From assembly GCA_965223415.1 (NCBI GenBank), contig OZ245002.1, positions 4,832,001 to 4,896,000 of the forward strand: a stretch of 64,000 nt of DNA, in the 5' to 3' direction. The notes under the pieces were generated by a model that saw only the letters and a program-made list of their open reading frames with translations, had not been told where the DNA came from and did not search any database. Each line of letters begins with the position of its first letter. Position 1 is the stretch's first letter. The stretch is from Myxococcota bacterium (GTDB taxonomy: Bacteria; Myxococcota_A; UBA9160; UBA6930). This document shows positions 47,734 to 56,438 of this stretch, one piece after another. The translations under genes were made by a program, and so were the position numbers.

Positions 47734-48168
47734 ATGACCCTCCGCCTCGAACACGCCAACCTCGCCGTCCGCGACGTCGACGCCGCCGTCCACTTCCTCC
47801 AGACCGCCTTCCCCTCGTTCCGCATCCGGAGGGAAGGCAAGACCTGGCAGGGCTGGCGCTGGGTCCACGTGGGCACGGACGACACCTACGTCGCCGTCAC
47901 CGAGGCCCCGGAAGATCCCGCGGAGGCCTGGCAGCCCTATGCGGGCAAGCCCGGCCTGAACCACCTGGGCTACGAGGTGAACGACGTGGAGGCTCTCCGG
48001 CGCCGGCTCGCCGCCGCCGGGTACCGGGACTCGACCGTCCCCAACGACCACCCTCATCGCCGGCGGGTCTACTTCCACGACGCCGAGGGCAACGACTGGG
48101 AGTTCGTGGAGTACCGCTCCGACGATCCGGACGAGCGCAACGACTACGACCTGCCCGACGCCACCTAG
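47734..48168 (+). CDS. VOC/glyoxalase family protein
   Basis: LEHANLAVRD, GLNHLGYEV, RVYFHDAEGNDWEFVEY. Confidence 0.9.
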   Translation: MTLRLEHANLAVRDVDAAVHFLQTAFPSFRIRREGKTWQGWRWVHVGTDDTYVAVTEAPEDPAEAWQPYAGKPGLNHLGYEVNDVEALRRRLAAAGYRDSTVPNDHPHRRRVYFHDAEGNDWEFVEYRSDDPDERNDYDLPDAT

Positions 48169-48171
48169 ACC

Positions 48172-48204
48172 TTGACAAGAGATAATGTTTCCATAATTAT
48201 GGAA
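48172..48204 (+). promoter_or_regulatory. Sigma70-type promoter overlapped by a 16-bp palindromic operator upstream of arsM
   Basis: TTGACA at 48172-48177; 17 bp later AATTAT at 48195-48200; perfect palindrome TTCCATAATTATGGAA at 48189-48204; AT-rich island in high-GC DNA. Confidence 0.75.
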
Positions 48205-48206
48205 CT

Positions 48207-49031
48207 ATGAGTTCTAGCCACTCTCCGAGACGACCCGACGACCCCGACCAGCTCCGCGCCCTCGTCCGTGAGGGATACACCCGGGTGGCCACCGGCCAGG
48301 ATGCCGCGGGCCAGGCCGCGGAGACGGCCCGCCGCATCGGATACAGCCAGAGCGAGCTCGACGCCGTGCCCGAGGGGAGCAACCTCGGGGTCGGCTGCGG
48401 CAATCCCACGGCCATCGACCGGCTGCGCGCGGGCGAGACGGTGGTCGACCTGGGCTCCGGGGCCGGCATGGACGCCTTCCTCGCCGCTCGCCAGGTCGGG
48501 CCGACGGGCCGGGTGATCGGCGTCGACATGACCGAGGCCATGCTCGAGAAGGCCCGACGGGGGGCCCGCAGCGTGGGCGTCGACGGCATCGTTGAGTTCC
48601 GGCGGGGCCAGATCGAGGCGCTCCCGATCGAGGACGAGAGCGTCGACGTGATCCTCTCCAACTGCGTGATCAACCTCTCTCCGGAGAAGGACCGGGTCTT
48701 CGCCGAGGCCTACCGTGTGCTCCGCCCGGGCGGCCGGCTGATGATCTCGGACGTGGTGCTGGATCGGCCCCTGCCCGAGGCGGTGCTAGGCGCGGTCGAC
48801 GCCTATCTGGGCTGCGTGGGCGGCGCCAGCCTGCGCGGCGCCTACCTCGAGGCCATCGCCGAGGCCGGCTTCTCCGGGATCCGCGTGGATCGGGAGGCGA
48901 GCTTCGTGGACGCGATCTCGCTCGACGATCCCCAGGTCCGCGAGGCGATGGACCGCCTCGGGATCTCCGACGAGGAGGCCCGCGGTTATGCCGACGCCGT
49001 CACGAGCCTTCACGTCTTCGCCGTGAAGTAG
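48207..49031 (+). CDS. arsM: Arsenite S-adenosylmethionine methyltransferase
   Basis: NLGVGCGNP, VDLGSGAGMD, VIGVDMT, ILSNCVINLSPEK, YLGCVGGA. Confidence 0.88.
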   Translation: MSSSHSPRRPDDPDQLRALVREGYTRVATGQDAAGQAAETARRIGYSQSELDAVPEGSNLGVGCGNPTAIDRLRAGETVVDLGSGAGMDAFLAARQVGPTGRVIGVDMTEAMLEKARRGARSVGVDGIVEFRRGQIEALPIEDESVDVILSNCVINLSPEKDRVFAEAYRVLRPGGRLMISDVVLDRPLPEAVLGAVDAYLGCVGGASLRGAYLEAIAEAGFSGIRVDREASFVDAISLDDPQVREAMDRLGISDEEARGYADAVTSLHVFAVK

Positions 49032-49083
49032 GGGGGGCCTGCCGGGATTGCGGCGCCCCGGCGCCGCGTGCGACCATGGCGCG

Positions 49084-50943
49084 ATGGAGCCCGGGTCGTT
49101 CGACGAGCGGCTGGACCTCGGCATCGAGCGAGCCCTGGCGGGCCTGCTCGCCGACCAGCTGCCGAGCGGGCGTTGGTCGGGGGAGACCCACGCCGGCCCC
49201 GCCTACACGGCCATGGTGCTGATCACCGAGGCCAGGCTCGGCGTGCTGTCCAAGAGCGACGCCGACGAGGGCGCCCGCTGGCTCCGCCACCATCAGGAGG
49301 AGGACGGCTCCTTCGCGCCGTCGGCCACCCTTCCCGGCACGCCCAACGCCACGGCCCTCTGCTGGGGCGCCCTGTGCGCCGTCGGCCACGGCGAAGACGA
49401 CCCCACGGTGCGCGCCGCGCGGACCTGGCTCGACGCCCACGGCGGGCTGGCGGAGCTCGACCTGCTGACCCGCGTCTGGCTCGCCCTGGCCGGAGAGCTG
49501 GAGCCGAAAGGCCTCGGCACGAGCACCCTCTTCCCCCTGCTCCTGCCGGGCTTCCACCGCTCCCTCGGGCGGCGCTTCCTCTTCTTCGTGCCGCTCATGG
49601 CGACCCTCTTGCCCGCCGTGGTGCGCGGCCTGCGAAGGGGCGCACCGCTGCGCGGTGGCCCCCTCTTCGGCCTCGAGCGGAACGCGGCACTCCGCTATCT
49701 CAGCGACCGCCAGAACCCGGATGGCAGCTTCGCATCGCTGGCCACTACCACCTGCTTCGGCGCCCTGGCCCTGCACGCCCTCGGCGTCCCCCGTACGGAT
49801 CCGCGCTTGCACGGCGCCGTGCGCTACCTGCATCACCTCAAATCCTACGAGGGCGCGGGCATGTACGTCATGCCCTACACGGCCGAGGTCTGGAACACGG
49901 CCGAGGCGGTCCGGGCGCTCCTGATCGAGGGCGGCGAGGAGGCGCACCGGGCGGCGGCCCGGGGCGTGGCCTACCTGGTGGGCCAGCAATGCGACGACCC
50001 GGAGCCCGAGGACTGGCAGAACCCGGCCGCGGGCGCTCCGCGCACCGGCGCCTTCCCCTTCGAAGCGGGCAACGAGCTCGCCCCGGATTGCGACACCACC
50101 GCGGCGGTGCTCGCGGCCCTGCGCATGGCCGCCGCGGCCGGCCAGGGCGATGCCCTGGCGGCGCCCCGCGAACGGGCGTGGCGCTGGCTCGTGGCCATGC
50201 AGAACCCAGGCGGCGGCTGGCCGGCCTTCACCCACGGCCTGCCCGAGAAGCCCCCGAGGCCACTCTTCCTGGACGGCACGCCGGAGCTTCCGGGCACGGT
50301 CTTCGGCATGGCGAAGCTCCTGCTGCGGCCGCCGGCCGAGCTCTCGGACCCGGCCTGGGAAGACGTCACCGGGCGCCTGCTCCGCGCCCTCGGCGAGGAA
50401 GGCCGGCGCCTCGACGACCCGATCGTCGCCGAGGCCATCCTCTTCCTGCAGCGCCAGCAGGCCCCGAGCGGCGCCTGGTGGGGCCGCTGGCAGGTGAACT
50501 ACCTCGGCGCCACCTCCTACGTGCTGCTCGGGCTCATCGCCGTGGGGCAGGATGCGCGCGAGGCCTGGGTGCAGCGCGCGGTGGCCTTCCTCCTCGAGCA
50601 CCAGAACGAGGACGGCGGCTGGGGCGAGTCCCTCGAGAGCTACCGCGATCCCGACCAGGCCGGGCGGGGACCGAGCGGCGTCCTGCAGACGGCGACGGTG
50701 CTGCTGGCCCTCCAGGCCGTACGCCACCAGGGCGACGACGTCGGGGTTCCCGACGAGGCGCTCCGCCTCGGGATCGAGCACCTGCTCGACCGGCAGGACG
50801 CCTCGGGGCTGTGGCCGATCCGTGAGCCGACCGGCGTGATGACGCCGCCCTTCGACTTCTACTGCAATCCGCTCTACGGCCGGAGCGTCGCCTTCGAGGC
50901 CCTGCTGATCCACCGGAGCCTGAGGCGGGGCACCCACGCTTGA
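49084..50943 (+). CDS. Squalene-hopene-cyclase-like class II terpene cyclase with variant active-site motif
   Basis: Seven QW-like repeats; VWNTA; GAFPFEAGNELAPDCDTTA; QNPGGGWPAF; WWGRWQVNY; QNEDGGWGES. Confidence 0.88.
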   Translation: MEPGSFDERLDLGIERALAGLLADQLPSGRWSGETHAGPAYTAMVLITEARLGVLSKSDADEGARWLRHHQEEDGSFAPSATLPGTPNATALCWGALCAVGHGEDDPTVRAARTWLDAHGGLAELDLLTRVWLALAGELEPKGLGTSTLFPLLLPGFHRSLGRRFLFFVPLMATLLPAVVRGLRRGAPLRGGPLFGLERNAALRYLSDRQNPDGSFASLATTTCFGALALHALGVPRTDPRLHGAVRYLHHLKSYEGAGMYVMPYTAEVWNTAEAVRALLIEGGEEAHRAAARGVAYLVGQQCDDPEPEDWQNPAAGAPRTGAFPFEAGNELAPDCDTTAAVLAALRMAAAAGQGDALAAPRERAWRWLVAMQNPGGGWPAFTHGLPEKPPRPLFLDGTPELPGTVFGMAKLLLRPPAELSDPAWEDVTGRLLRALGEEGRRLDDPIVAEAILFLQRQQAPSGAWWGRWQVNYLGATSYVLLGLIAVGQDAREAWVQRAVAFLLEHQNEDGGWGESLESYRDPDQAGRGPSGVLQTATVLLALQAVRHQGDDVGVPDEALRLGIEHLLDRQDASGLWPIREPTGVMTPPFDFYCNPLYGRSVAFEALLIHRSLRRGTHA

Positions 50944-53912
50944 TCTGTCCCGGCTGCGGCAAGGCGGCAGACGCGGGCAACCTCTACTGCTCCGGGTGCG
51001 GCGAGCGCCTCCAACCCCCCGAGGCCGACCGCCGTCAGCTCACTGCGATGTTCTGCGAGATGGCCGACTCGGCCGAGATCTCGAGCCGCCTCGATCCGGA
51101 GGAATGGCAGGCGCTCCTCCACGCGGTGCAGGCCGAAGCGGCCACCGTGGTCGAGCGCCATGGCGGGTTCATCGCCCAGTACCTGGGGGACGGACTCCTC
51201 GTCTACTTCGGCTACCCCCTCGGGCACGAAGACGATGCCGAGCGTGCCATGCGCGCCGCGATCCAGGCGGTGGAGCGGATCGACGGCGCCCGGCCGCGAC
51301 TGGGCACCCGCTTCGGGGTGCAGCCGCGGCTCCGCATCGGCGTCCACACCGGACCGGTGGTGGTCGATGCGCCCGCGACCGGGACGAGGCGCGAGCCCCT
51401 CGCCGTCGGTGACGCGATGAACCTGGCCGCCCGGGTCCAGGCAGAGGCCGAACCGGGCACCGTCGTCGCCAGCGCCGCCTCCTGCGCGCTCGCACCCGGC
51501 GTGTTCGAGCTGGAGAGCCTGGGGACGCGCCGGCTGCGCGGGGTCCGCGATCCCGTGGCGCTCTTCCGGGTGCGGGCCGCGCGAGAGGGAGCCCGCTTCG
51601 ACCTGGCGACGTCCCGCGGCCTGAGCCCTCGCGTGGGCCGGGAGGCCGAGCTGCGAACCCTTCGCGTGAGCTGCGAGAAGGTGGCCCAGGGCGAGGGCCA
51701 GATCGTTCAGGTCGCCGGTGAGCCCGGGATCGGCAAGTCGCGCTTGATCGAGGAGCTGCGCAGCGAGCTGGCACCGGACGCCCCTCGCTGGCTCTCCTGC
51801 CCCTGCTCGGAGCTCCAGCGGAACCACCCGTTCCACGCGATCTCGGCGGGCCTCCGCTCGTGGCTCGGCGATCGCGCCGACCCGGTAGAAGCCCTGGGCT
51901 CGCTCGGTGTCGACCGATCCGGCGCGGCCGTCGTGCTCCGTGCCCTGGACCGACCGCTCCCCGAGGGCCTCGAGCCGCCCCAGGGGCCGCCGGACGAGCT
52001 GCGCGAGCGCACCCTCGAAGCGCTCACCAGCTGCCTGCTCGGCTTCGCTGCCGAGTCCCCCTTCGTGCTGCTCGTCGAAGACCTGCACTGGGCGGATCCC
52101 TCCAGCCTCGAGCTCCTCCGCGGCCTGCTCCCGGCGGTGGCCGGGCGGCACCTCCTGCTCCTGCTGACGCGCCGGCCCGCGCCTCCCACCTCCCTGCCGC
52201 TCCCGGACGGCGCGTTGGAGATCACCCTCGACGCCCTGGATCCGCGCGACACGGCGACGCTGATCGAGTCCGTGGCCGGGCGACCCCTCGCACCGGGCCT
52301 GGTCGAGCAGCTGGTGGCCCGAAGCGACGGCGTGCCGCTGTTCGCCGAGGAAGTGACCCGCCTGCTACTCGCGTCCGGCCACGACCTGGACCGGCCGCTG
52401 GCCCAGGCCGACGTGCCCATGACACTGCAGGATTCCCTCGAAGCCCGTCTCGACCAGCTGGGCCCGGCCAAGCCCGTCGCCCAGGTGGCCGCGGCCATCG
52501 GCCGCGAGTTCCCGGCCGGTCTCCTCGCCCGCGTCGTCGACCTCTCCGGGGAGGCGTGCGCCCGGGCGCTGCGCAGCCTGGCCCGGGCCCGCCTGATCGA
52601 GGCGGTCGACGAGGACGTCTGGACCTTCCGCCACGCACTGGTCCAGGAGACGGCCTACCGATCCCTGCTGCGCCGGACACGGCGGGAAATCCACGGGCGC
52701 ATCGCGGACGCCCTGCAAGGCCACTTTGCCGACCGGGTCGAAGGCGAGCCCCAGCTCCTCGCCCATCACGCCACCGAAGCCGGCCGCACCCTGCCGGCGC
52801 TTCACGGGTGGCTCGCGGCCGCCGGTGCCGCCGTGCATCGCGCGGCCCGCGTCGAGTGCGAGGCCTTCCTCGATCGCGGCGTCCCCCTCCTCGCTGACGT
52901 CGAAGACGGCGACACGCGGGCCTCTCTCGAGCTGACCCTGCTCCTCATGCGGGTCACCTGCCGTCTCGCGCGGGAGTGGTTCAGCGAGGCCGTCGTCGAC
53001 GATGCCCGGCGCGCCGAGCAGGTCTCGCGTCGCTTCGGGGACGATCCACGGCGGGTCTCGGTACTGAGCCTCCTGTGCATGAGCGAGTCCGCCCGCGGTC
53101 GCTACCGGGCGTCGCGCGGCGTGGGCGAGGAGGCGGTCCGGGCCGCCGACGCGCTCGGCTTCAGCCAGTCGCGGGCCGGGGCCTGGATGCCGCTCTCCCA
53201 GACCCTGCTCGCGACGGGAGACCTGCCCGGCACCCTGGAGGCCCTGGCCCAGGTCGAGCGCCTCGACCTCCCCGCCGAGACGAACGTCGCCGGCCTCGGG
53301 ATCTCCCATCCGCGGGCCCAGTGTCTCGCGATGGCAGCCCTGGCGGAGCACGCCCGGGGCGCCGACGACCGGGCGGACGCGCACCTCGATGCGGCGACTC
53401 GGATCCGGGCGGCCGATGGTGGCCCCCTGCCCGATCCCCTGCGCCACCAGGCCGTCGTGCGGCTGCTGCAGGGACGGGAGGAGGAGGCGCTCGAGTGTGC
53501 GGCCCTGGCGGTCGAGCGGCTTCGCGAGGCTGGTCAGCCCTGGGCGCTCTTGCTGGCACGGACGACCGAGCTGGCGGCTCGGGTCTGCGCGCGGAACGCG
53601 GCGGCGGCGCTCCCGGACCTCGAGCGCCAAGTGGAGCGACTCGAGGAAATCGGCCAATGCTCCCTCTCGCCCCTGCTCCGCGGCTCTGCCGCCCAGGGCT
53701 ACGCGCGGCAAGGCGACGACACGGCCGCCCAGGGCGCCCTCGACCAGGCCCTCGCCGCGGCCCGGGCGATCGGCGAACGTTATTCGGAGGCCTGGCTCCT
53801 CACCCTCGGCGCGGAGCGGCTGGGCCGGGATCCGGACGCCGCCGCCGGCGCCGCGGAGGCGATCGGAGCCTACGGCTGGGTGACGCGCGCCCGGGCCCTC
53901 GCCCGGCGCTGA
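50940..53912 (+). CDS. Zn-ribbon + class III adenylate/guanylate cyclase + STAND AAA ATPase + helical repeats
   Basis: CPGC..CSGC; RRQLTAMFCE, YLGDG, RIGVHTG, GDAMNLAARVQ; GEPGIGKS, EDLHWAD, GVPLFAEE, FRHALVQETAY. Confidence 0.9.
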   Translation: MICPGCGKAADAGNLYCSGCGERLQPPEADRRQLTAMFCEMADSAEISSRLDPEEWQALLHAVQAEAATVVERHGGFIAQYLGDGLLVYFGYPLGHEDDAERAMRAAIQAVERIDGARPRLGTRFGVQPRLRIGVHTGPVVVDAPATGTRREPLAVGDAMNLAARVQAEAEPGTVVASAASCALAPGVFELESLGTRRLRGVRDPVALFRVRAAREGARFDLATSRGLSPRVGREAELRTLRVSCEKVAQGEGQIVQVAGEPGIGKSRLIEELRSELAPDAPRWLSCPCSELQRNHPFHAISAGLRSWLGDRADPVEALGSLGVDRSGAAVVLRALDRPLPEGLEPPQGPPDELRERTLEALTSCLLGFAAESPFVLLVEDLHWADPSSLELLRGLLPAVAGRHLLLLLTRRPAPPTSLPLPDGALEITLDALDPRDTATLIESVAGRPLAPGLVEQLVARSDGVPLFAEEVTRLLLASGHDLDRPLAQADVPMTLQDSLEARLDQLGPAKPVAQVAAAIGREFPAGLLARVVDLSGEACARALRSLARARLIEAVDEDVWTFRHALVQETAYRSLLRRTRREIHGRIADALQGHFADRVEGEPQLLAHHATEAGRTLPALHGWLAAAGAAVHRAARVECEAFLDRGVPLLADVEDGDTRASLELTLLLMRVTCRLAREWFSEAVVDDARRAEQVSRRFGDDPRRVSVLSLLCMSESARGRYRASRGVGEEAVRAADALGFSQSRAGAWMPLSQTLLATGDLPGTLEALAQVERLDLPAETNVAGLGISHPRAQCLAMAALAEHARGADDRADAHLDAATRIRAADGGPLPDPLRHQAVVRLLQGREEEALECAALAVERLREAGQPWALLLARTTELAARVCARNAAAALPDLERQVERLEEIGQCSLSPLLRGSAAQGYARQGDDTAAQGALDQALAAARAIGERYSEAWLLTLGAERLGRDPDAAAGAAEAIGAYGWVTRARALARR

Positions 53913-55765
53913 CGCAGGGCCCCGAGGAGCGGGAGCAGCAGCCCCAGCTCCGGTCCCAGCCCGCAGCCGCCGCCGGTGTTCGCGGCCTCCTTGTTCCGCG
54001 TCGCCGTCGTGCATTGGGGATCCGCGCCGTTCGGGTCACCGTTGCCCACGCCGTGGATCGACTCGCCGCCGTCGAAGTCGGTGCCGACCTGGCCGTCGTT
54101 GTCGATGCCGTCCTGGCACTGGGGGTCCTCGAGAATGCCGGCGGCCGAAGCGCAGCCCGGGTCCGACGGAAAGTCGGTAGAGCCGTCGCCGTCGTTGTCC
54201 ACGCCGTCGGCGCAGGCCGCCGGAAGGGGGAGCGCCGCCAGGGCGGCCGGCGTGAAGGCGTCCAGCCCGGCCTCCTCGCCGGTGGTCACGGCGACGGGAT
54301 CGATGACGTTGTAGAGGAGCCGCCGGCCGAGCGGCGCGACGCCCGACTGGGTCCCGACCAGGTACAGGCGGCCGGTGTGGCTCGAGTAGGCCAGGCTCGC
54401 ATCCCAACGGGCGACACCGAGACCGACGAGCTGGTTGAGGCCGCAGAAGGAGCCACAGGTCGAGGTGTCGATCTCGTAGATGCCGTCGACCAGCGGACTG
54501 GCCGTGTAGATCCTGGCGTTGGCGCTGTCGTAGGCGAGCCCGCGGAAGCCGTTCGCGGCCCCGAAGGCCAGGGGCCCGATGAGGGTGGTCGAGCTCGGCG
54601 ACGCGGGGTCGATCTCGACCAGGTCCTCGAACGTGCCGTCGGATTCGAGGGCCAGGAGCCGATCGTCGCTGGTGGCCGAGGTCGCGCCGGGATCGTAGGC
54701 GAGCGCCACCAGCAGGTCGGTCCCGTTCGCGATGGTGCCGACCGTCGCGAGGATGTCGCCGGTCGCCCGGTCGACGGTCACCACCGAATCGTCGCCGGAG
54801 GTCGGCACGACGCCGTAGAGGATGCCCGCGTCCGTGGACCAGGCGAGGCCCTCGACCACGTCGCCGGCCCCGTTCAGCGGGCCCAGATCGGTCCAGTTTC
54901 CGGGCAGGCCCGCGATGCGCAGGGCGTCGTCCGGGGTCGCGCCGTCGGCGTTCTCCGGCCCCGCGGCGCCCAGCAGCTCCACGCCCGCGTGGCTGACGTC
55001 GTTGCCGCAGACCCCTCCCGAGCAGACGCCGTTCGTGATCTCGTTGCAGCTCCGGCGGTCCGGCTCGATCCCCCCGAGGCCGTCGTGACAGCTGCACACG
55101 CCGCCGGTGGCGTTGCGGCCCGCGCTCAGGTTCGCGCACTCGGTGGCGTCGACACAGCCACCGCCACCGGCCGGCCGCATGATCTGGCACTCGTCCACAT
55201 CGACGTGGGGGAGACAGGCGTTGTGGCCGCGCTCGTGGGCGGTGACGCCGCCCAGGTCGCCGGAGTCGAGGGCGTCGACGGTGACGACCATGTACAGGTC
55301 CGGATCGTCGTTCGGGTTGCCGTCGCACGTGGGCCGCTGGGCGCAGCCGATCGCGCTGGGCGCCGCGCCCCCGCAGTAGGTCATGCTGTCGACCAGGAAG
55401 GCCCGGGAGCCGGGAAGGCCGGTTCCGCCGATCGTGGTGTACTCCGCCGCGCTGTCGAGCACGTCGAGGCCGTCGCCGGGCGTCCCGAAGGTCACGACCG
55501 GGACGCTGCGTTCGATGCGCGTGCAGCAGGGCGTATCGAACGGCCCGTGCCCGGCCTCGTACAGGCGCGTCGCGGTCGCCATCGCCTCGTCGATCCGCGC
55601 CTGCCAGTACGCCAGGTCCGTGCCGGCCCCCGCGTCGATCAGGTCCACGTGGACGAACCACGGGAGCTGGTGGAGATCGGCGGTGGGCGGCGCCGCTCCC
55701 AGGGGATGCGGCGCCAGGACCGACGCGCCGAGGACGAGGGCCAGGACGAGACCGGGGCGGCTCAT
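53870..55765 (-). CDS. Secreted Cys-rich metzincin-like protein with propeller region, DGxDNDGDG repeats and C-terminal CGLG-TM-basic tail
   Basis: Signal peptide; HERGHNACLPH plus CQIM Met-turn; CADGVDNDGDG and CQDGIDNDG; GGGCGLGPELGLLLPLLGALRQRR. Confidence 0.8.
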   Translation of the reverse strand: MSRPGLVLALVLGASVLAPHPLGAAPPTADLHQLPWFVHVDLIDAGAGTDLAYWQARIDEAMATATRLYEAGHGPFDTPCCTRIERSVPVVTFGTPGDGLDVLDSAAEYTTIGGTGLPGSRAFLVDSMTYCGGAAPSAIGCAQRPTCDGNPNDDPDLYMVVTVDALDSGDLGGVTAHERGHNACLPHVDVDECQIMRPAGGGGCVDATECANLSAGRNATGGVCSCHDGLGGIEPDRRSCNEITNGVCSGGVCGNDVSHAGVELLGAAGPENADGATPDDALRIAGLPGNWTDLGPLNGAGDVVEGLAWSTDAGILYGVVPTSGDDSVVTVDRATGDILATVGTIANGTDLLVALAYDPGATSATSDDRLLALESDGTFEDLVEIDPASPSSTTLIGPLAFGAANGFRGLAYDSANARIYTASPLVDGIYEIDTSTCGSFCGLNQLVGLGVARWDASLAYSSHTGRLYLVGTQSGVAPLGRRLLYNVIDPVAVTTGEEAGLDAFTPAALAALPLPAACADGVDNDGDGSTDFPSDPGCASAAGILEDPQCQDGIDNDGQVGTDFDGGESIHGVGNGDPNGADPQCTTATRNKEAANTGGGCGLGPELGLLLPLLGALRQRRARARARVTQP

Positions 55766-56397
55766 CGCAGGCGCTCCGCTGCGCGCTCGGCGTGGCGTGC
55801 CCGCATGGCGGCCAGGTGGGCCTCGAAGTCCGGATCCGCGCTGCGGCCGCCGCGCAGGGAGGCGGCGGCGGCAGGCAGGCCGGTCTCGGCCAACGACGTG
55901 GCCGCTGCCCGGCGTTGGAGCGTCTGCAGCTCCGCACCGTGATTCCGGCCGAAGCTCCACGTGGGGGCCGGGGCATTCAGGAGCCCGGCCAGCCGTCCGA
56001 GCGCGCGGGGATCCCGATCGGCCAGGTAGCCCAGGGCATGGGGAAGGGCCTGCCAGGCGCGGAAGGTGGCGCGATCTACCTGGCCGGTCCGGGGCACGGC
56101 GGCCCAGGCGTCGATGGCCTCGAAGGCGCCCGGCGCCCCGCAGTGGCCGAGGGCCACCAGGATCTTCCCGTGGTGCGCCGCCTCGGCCGCATCCGCCAGC
56201 ATCTCCGCCAGACGCTCGGCGCCCTCAGGCCCGATCCGCCGCGCCTCGGCGGCCGGGAGCCCCTCGTACCAGGTCAGGCGGACGAGCTCCTCGGCCTCGC
56301 CCGCATCCAGGGGCTGCCCTGCCGCGGCGACCGCCAGACCGAAGAGAAGGACGACGAGAGCACGGGCCGAGCGCAAGGTGAGCCTCCGGGTGGCCAC
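55762..56397 (-). CDS. Secreted HEAT-like helical hypothetical protein
   Basis: Signal peptide; WYEGLP; ALGH/ALGY/SLAE helical repeats; stop overlaps next ATG; start estimated. Confidence 0.65.
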   Translation of the reverse strand: MATRRLTLRSARALVVLLFGLAVAAAGQPLDAGEAEELVRLTWYEGLPAAEARRIGPEGAERLAEMLADAAEAAHHGKILVALGHCGAPGAFEAIDAWAAVPRTGQVDRATFRAWQALPHALGYLADRDPRALGRLAGLLNAPAPTWSFGRNHGAELQTLQRRAAATSLAETGLPAAAASLRGGRSADPDFEAHLAAMRARHAERAAERLR

Positions 56398-56420
56398 CCT
56401 AGCAGGTCGCGCCTGTTCCC

Positions 56421-56438
56421 TGGCACACGTTTGTGCCA
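56421..56438. promoter_or_regulatory. Inverted repeat between divergent genes, candidate operator
   Basis: TGGCACA-CGTT-TGTGCCA, 7-bp perfect arms, in the short divergent intergenic gap. Confidence 0.4.

Noticed and set aside
50940..53912. Named anti-phage system (Avs/Pycsar/CBASS)
   Set aside because: The architecture matches the widespread AC-STAND signalling family; no cognate effector or defence-island context
56421..56438. Sigma-54 -24/-12 promoter (TGGCAC...)
   Set aside because: GG-to-GC spacing is 11 rather than 10 on both strands; kept only as an inverted repeat
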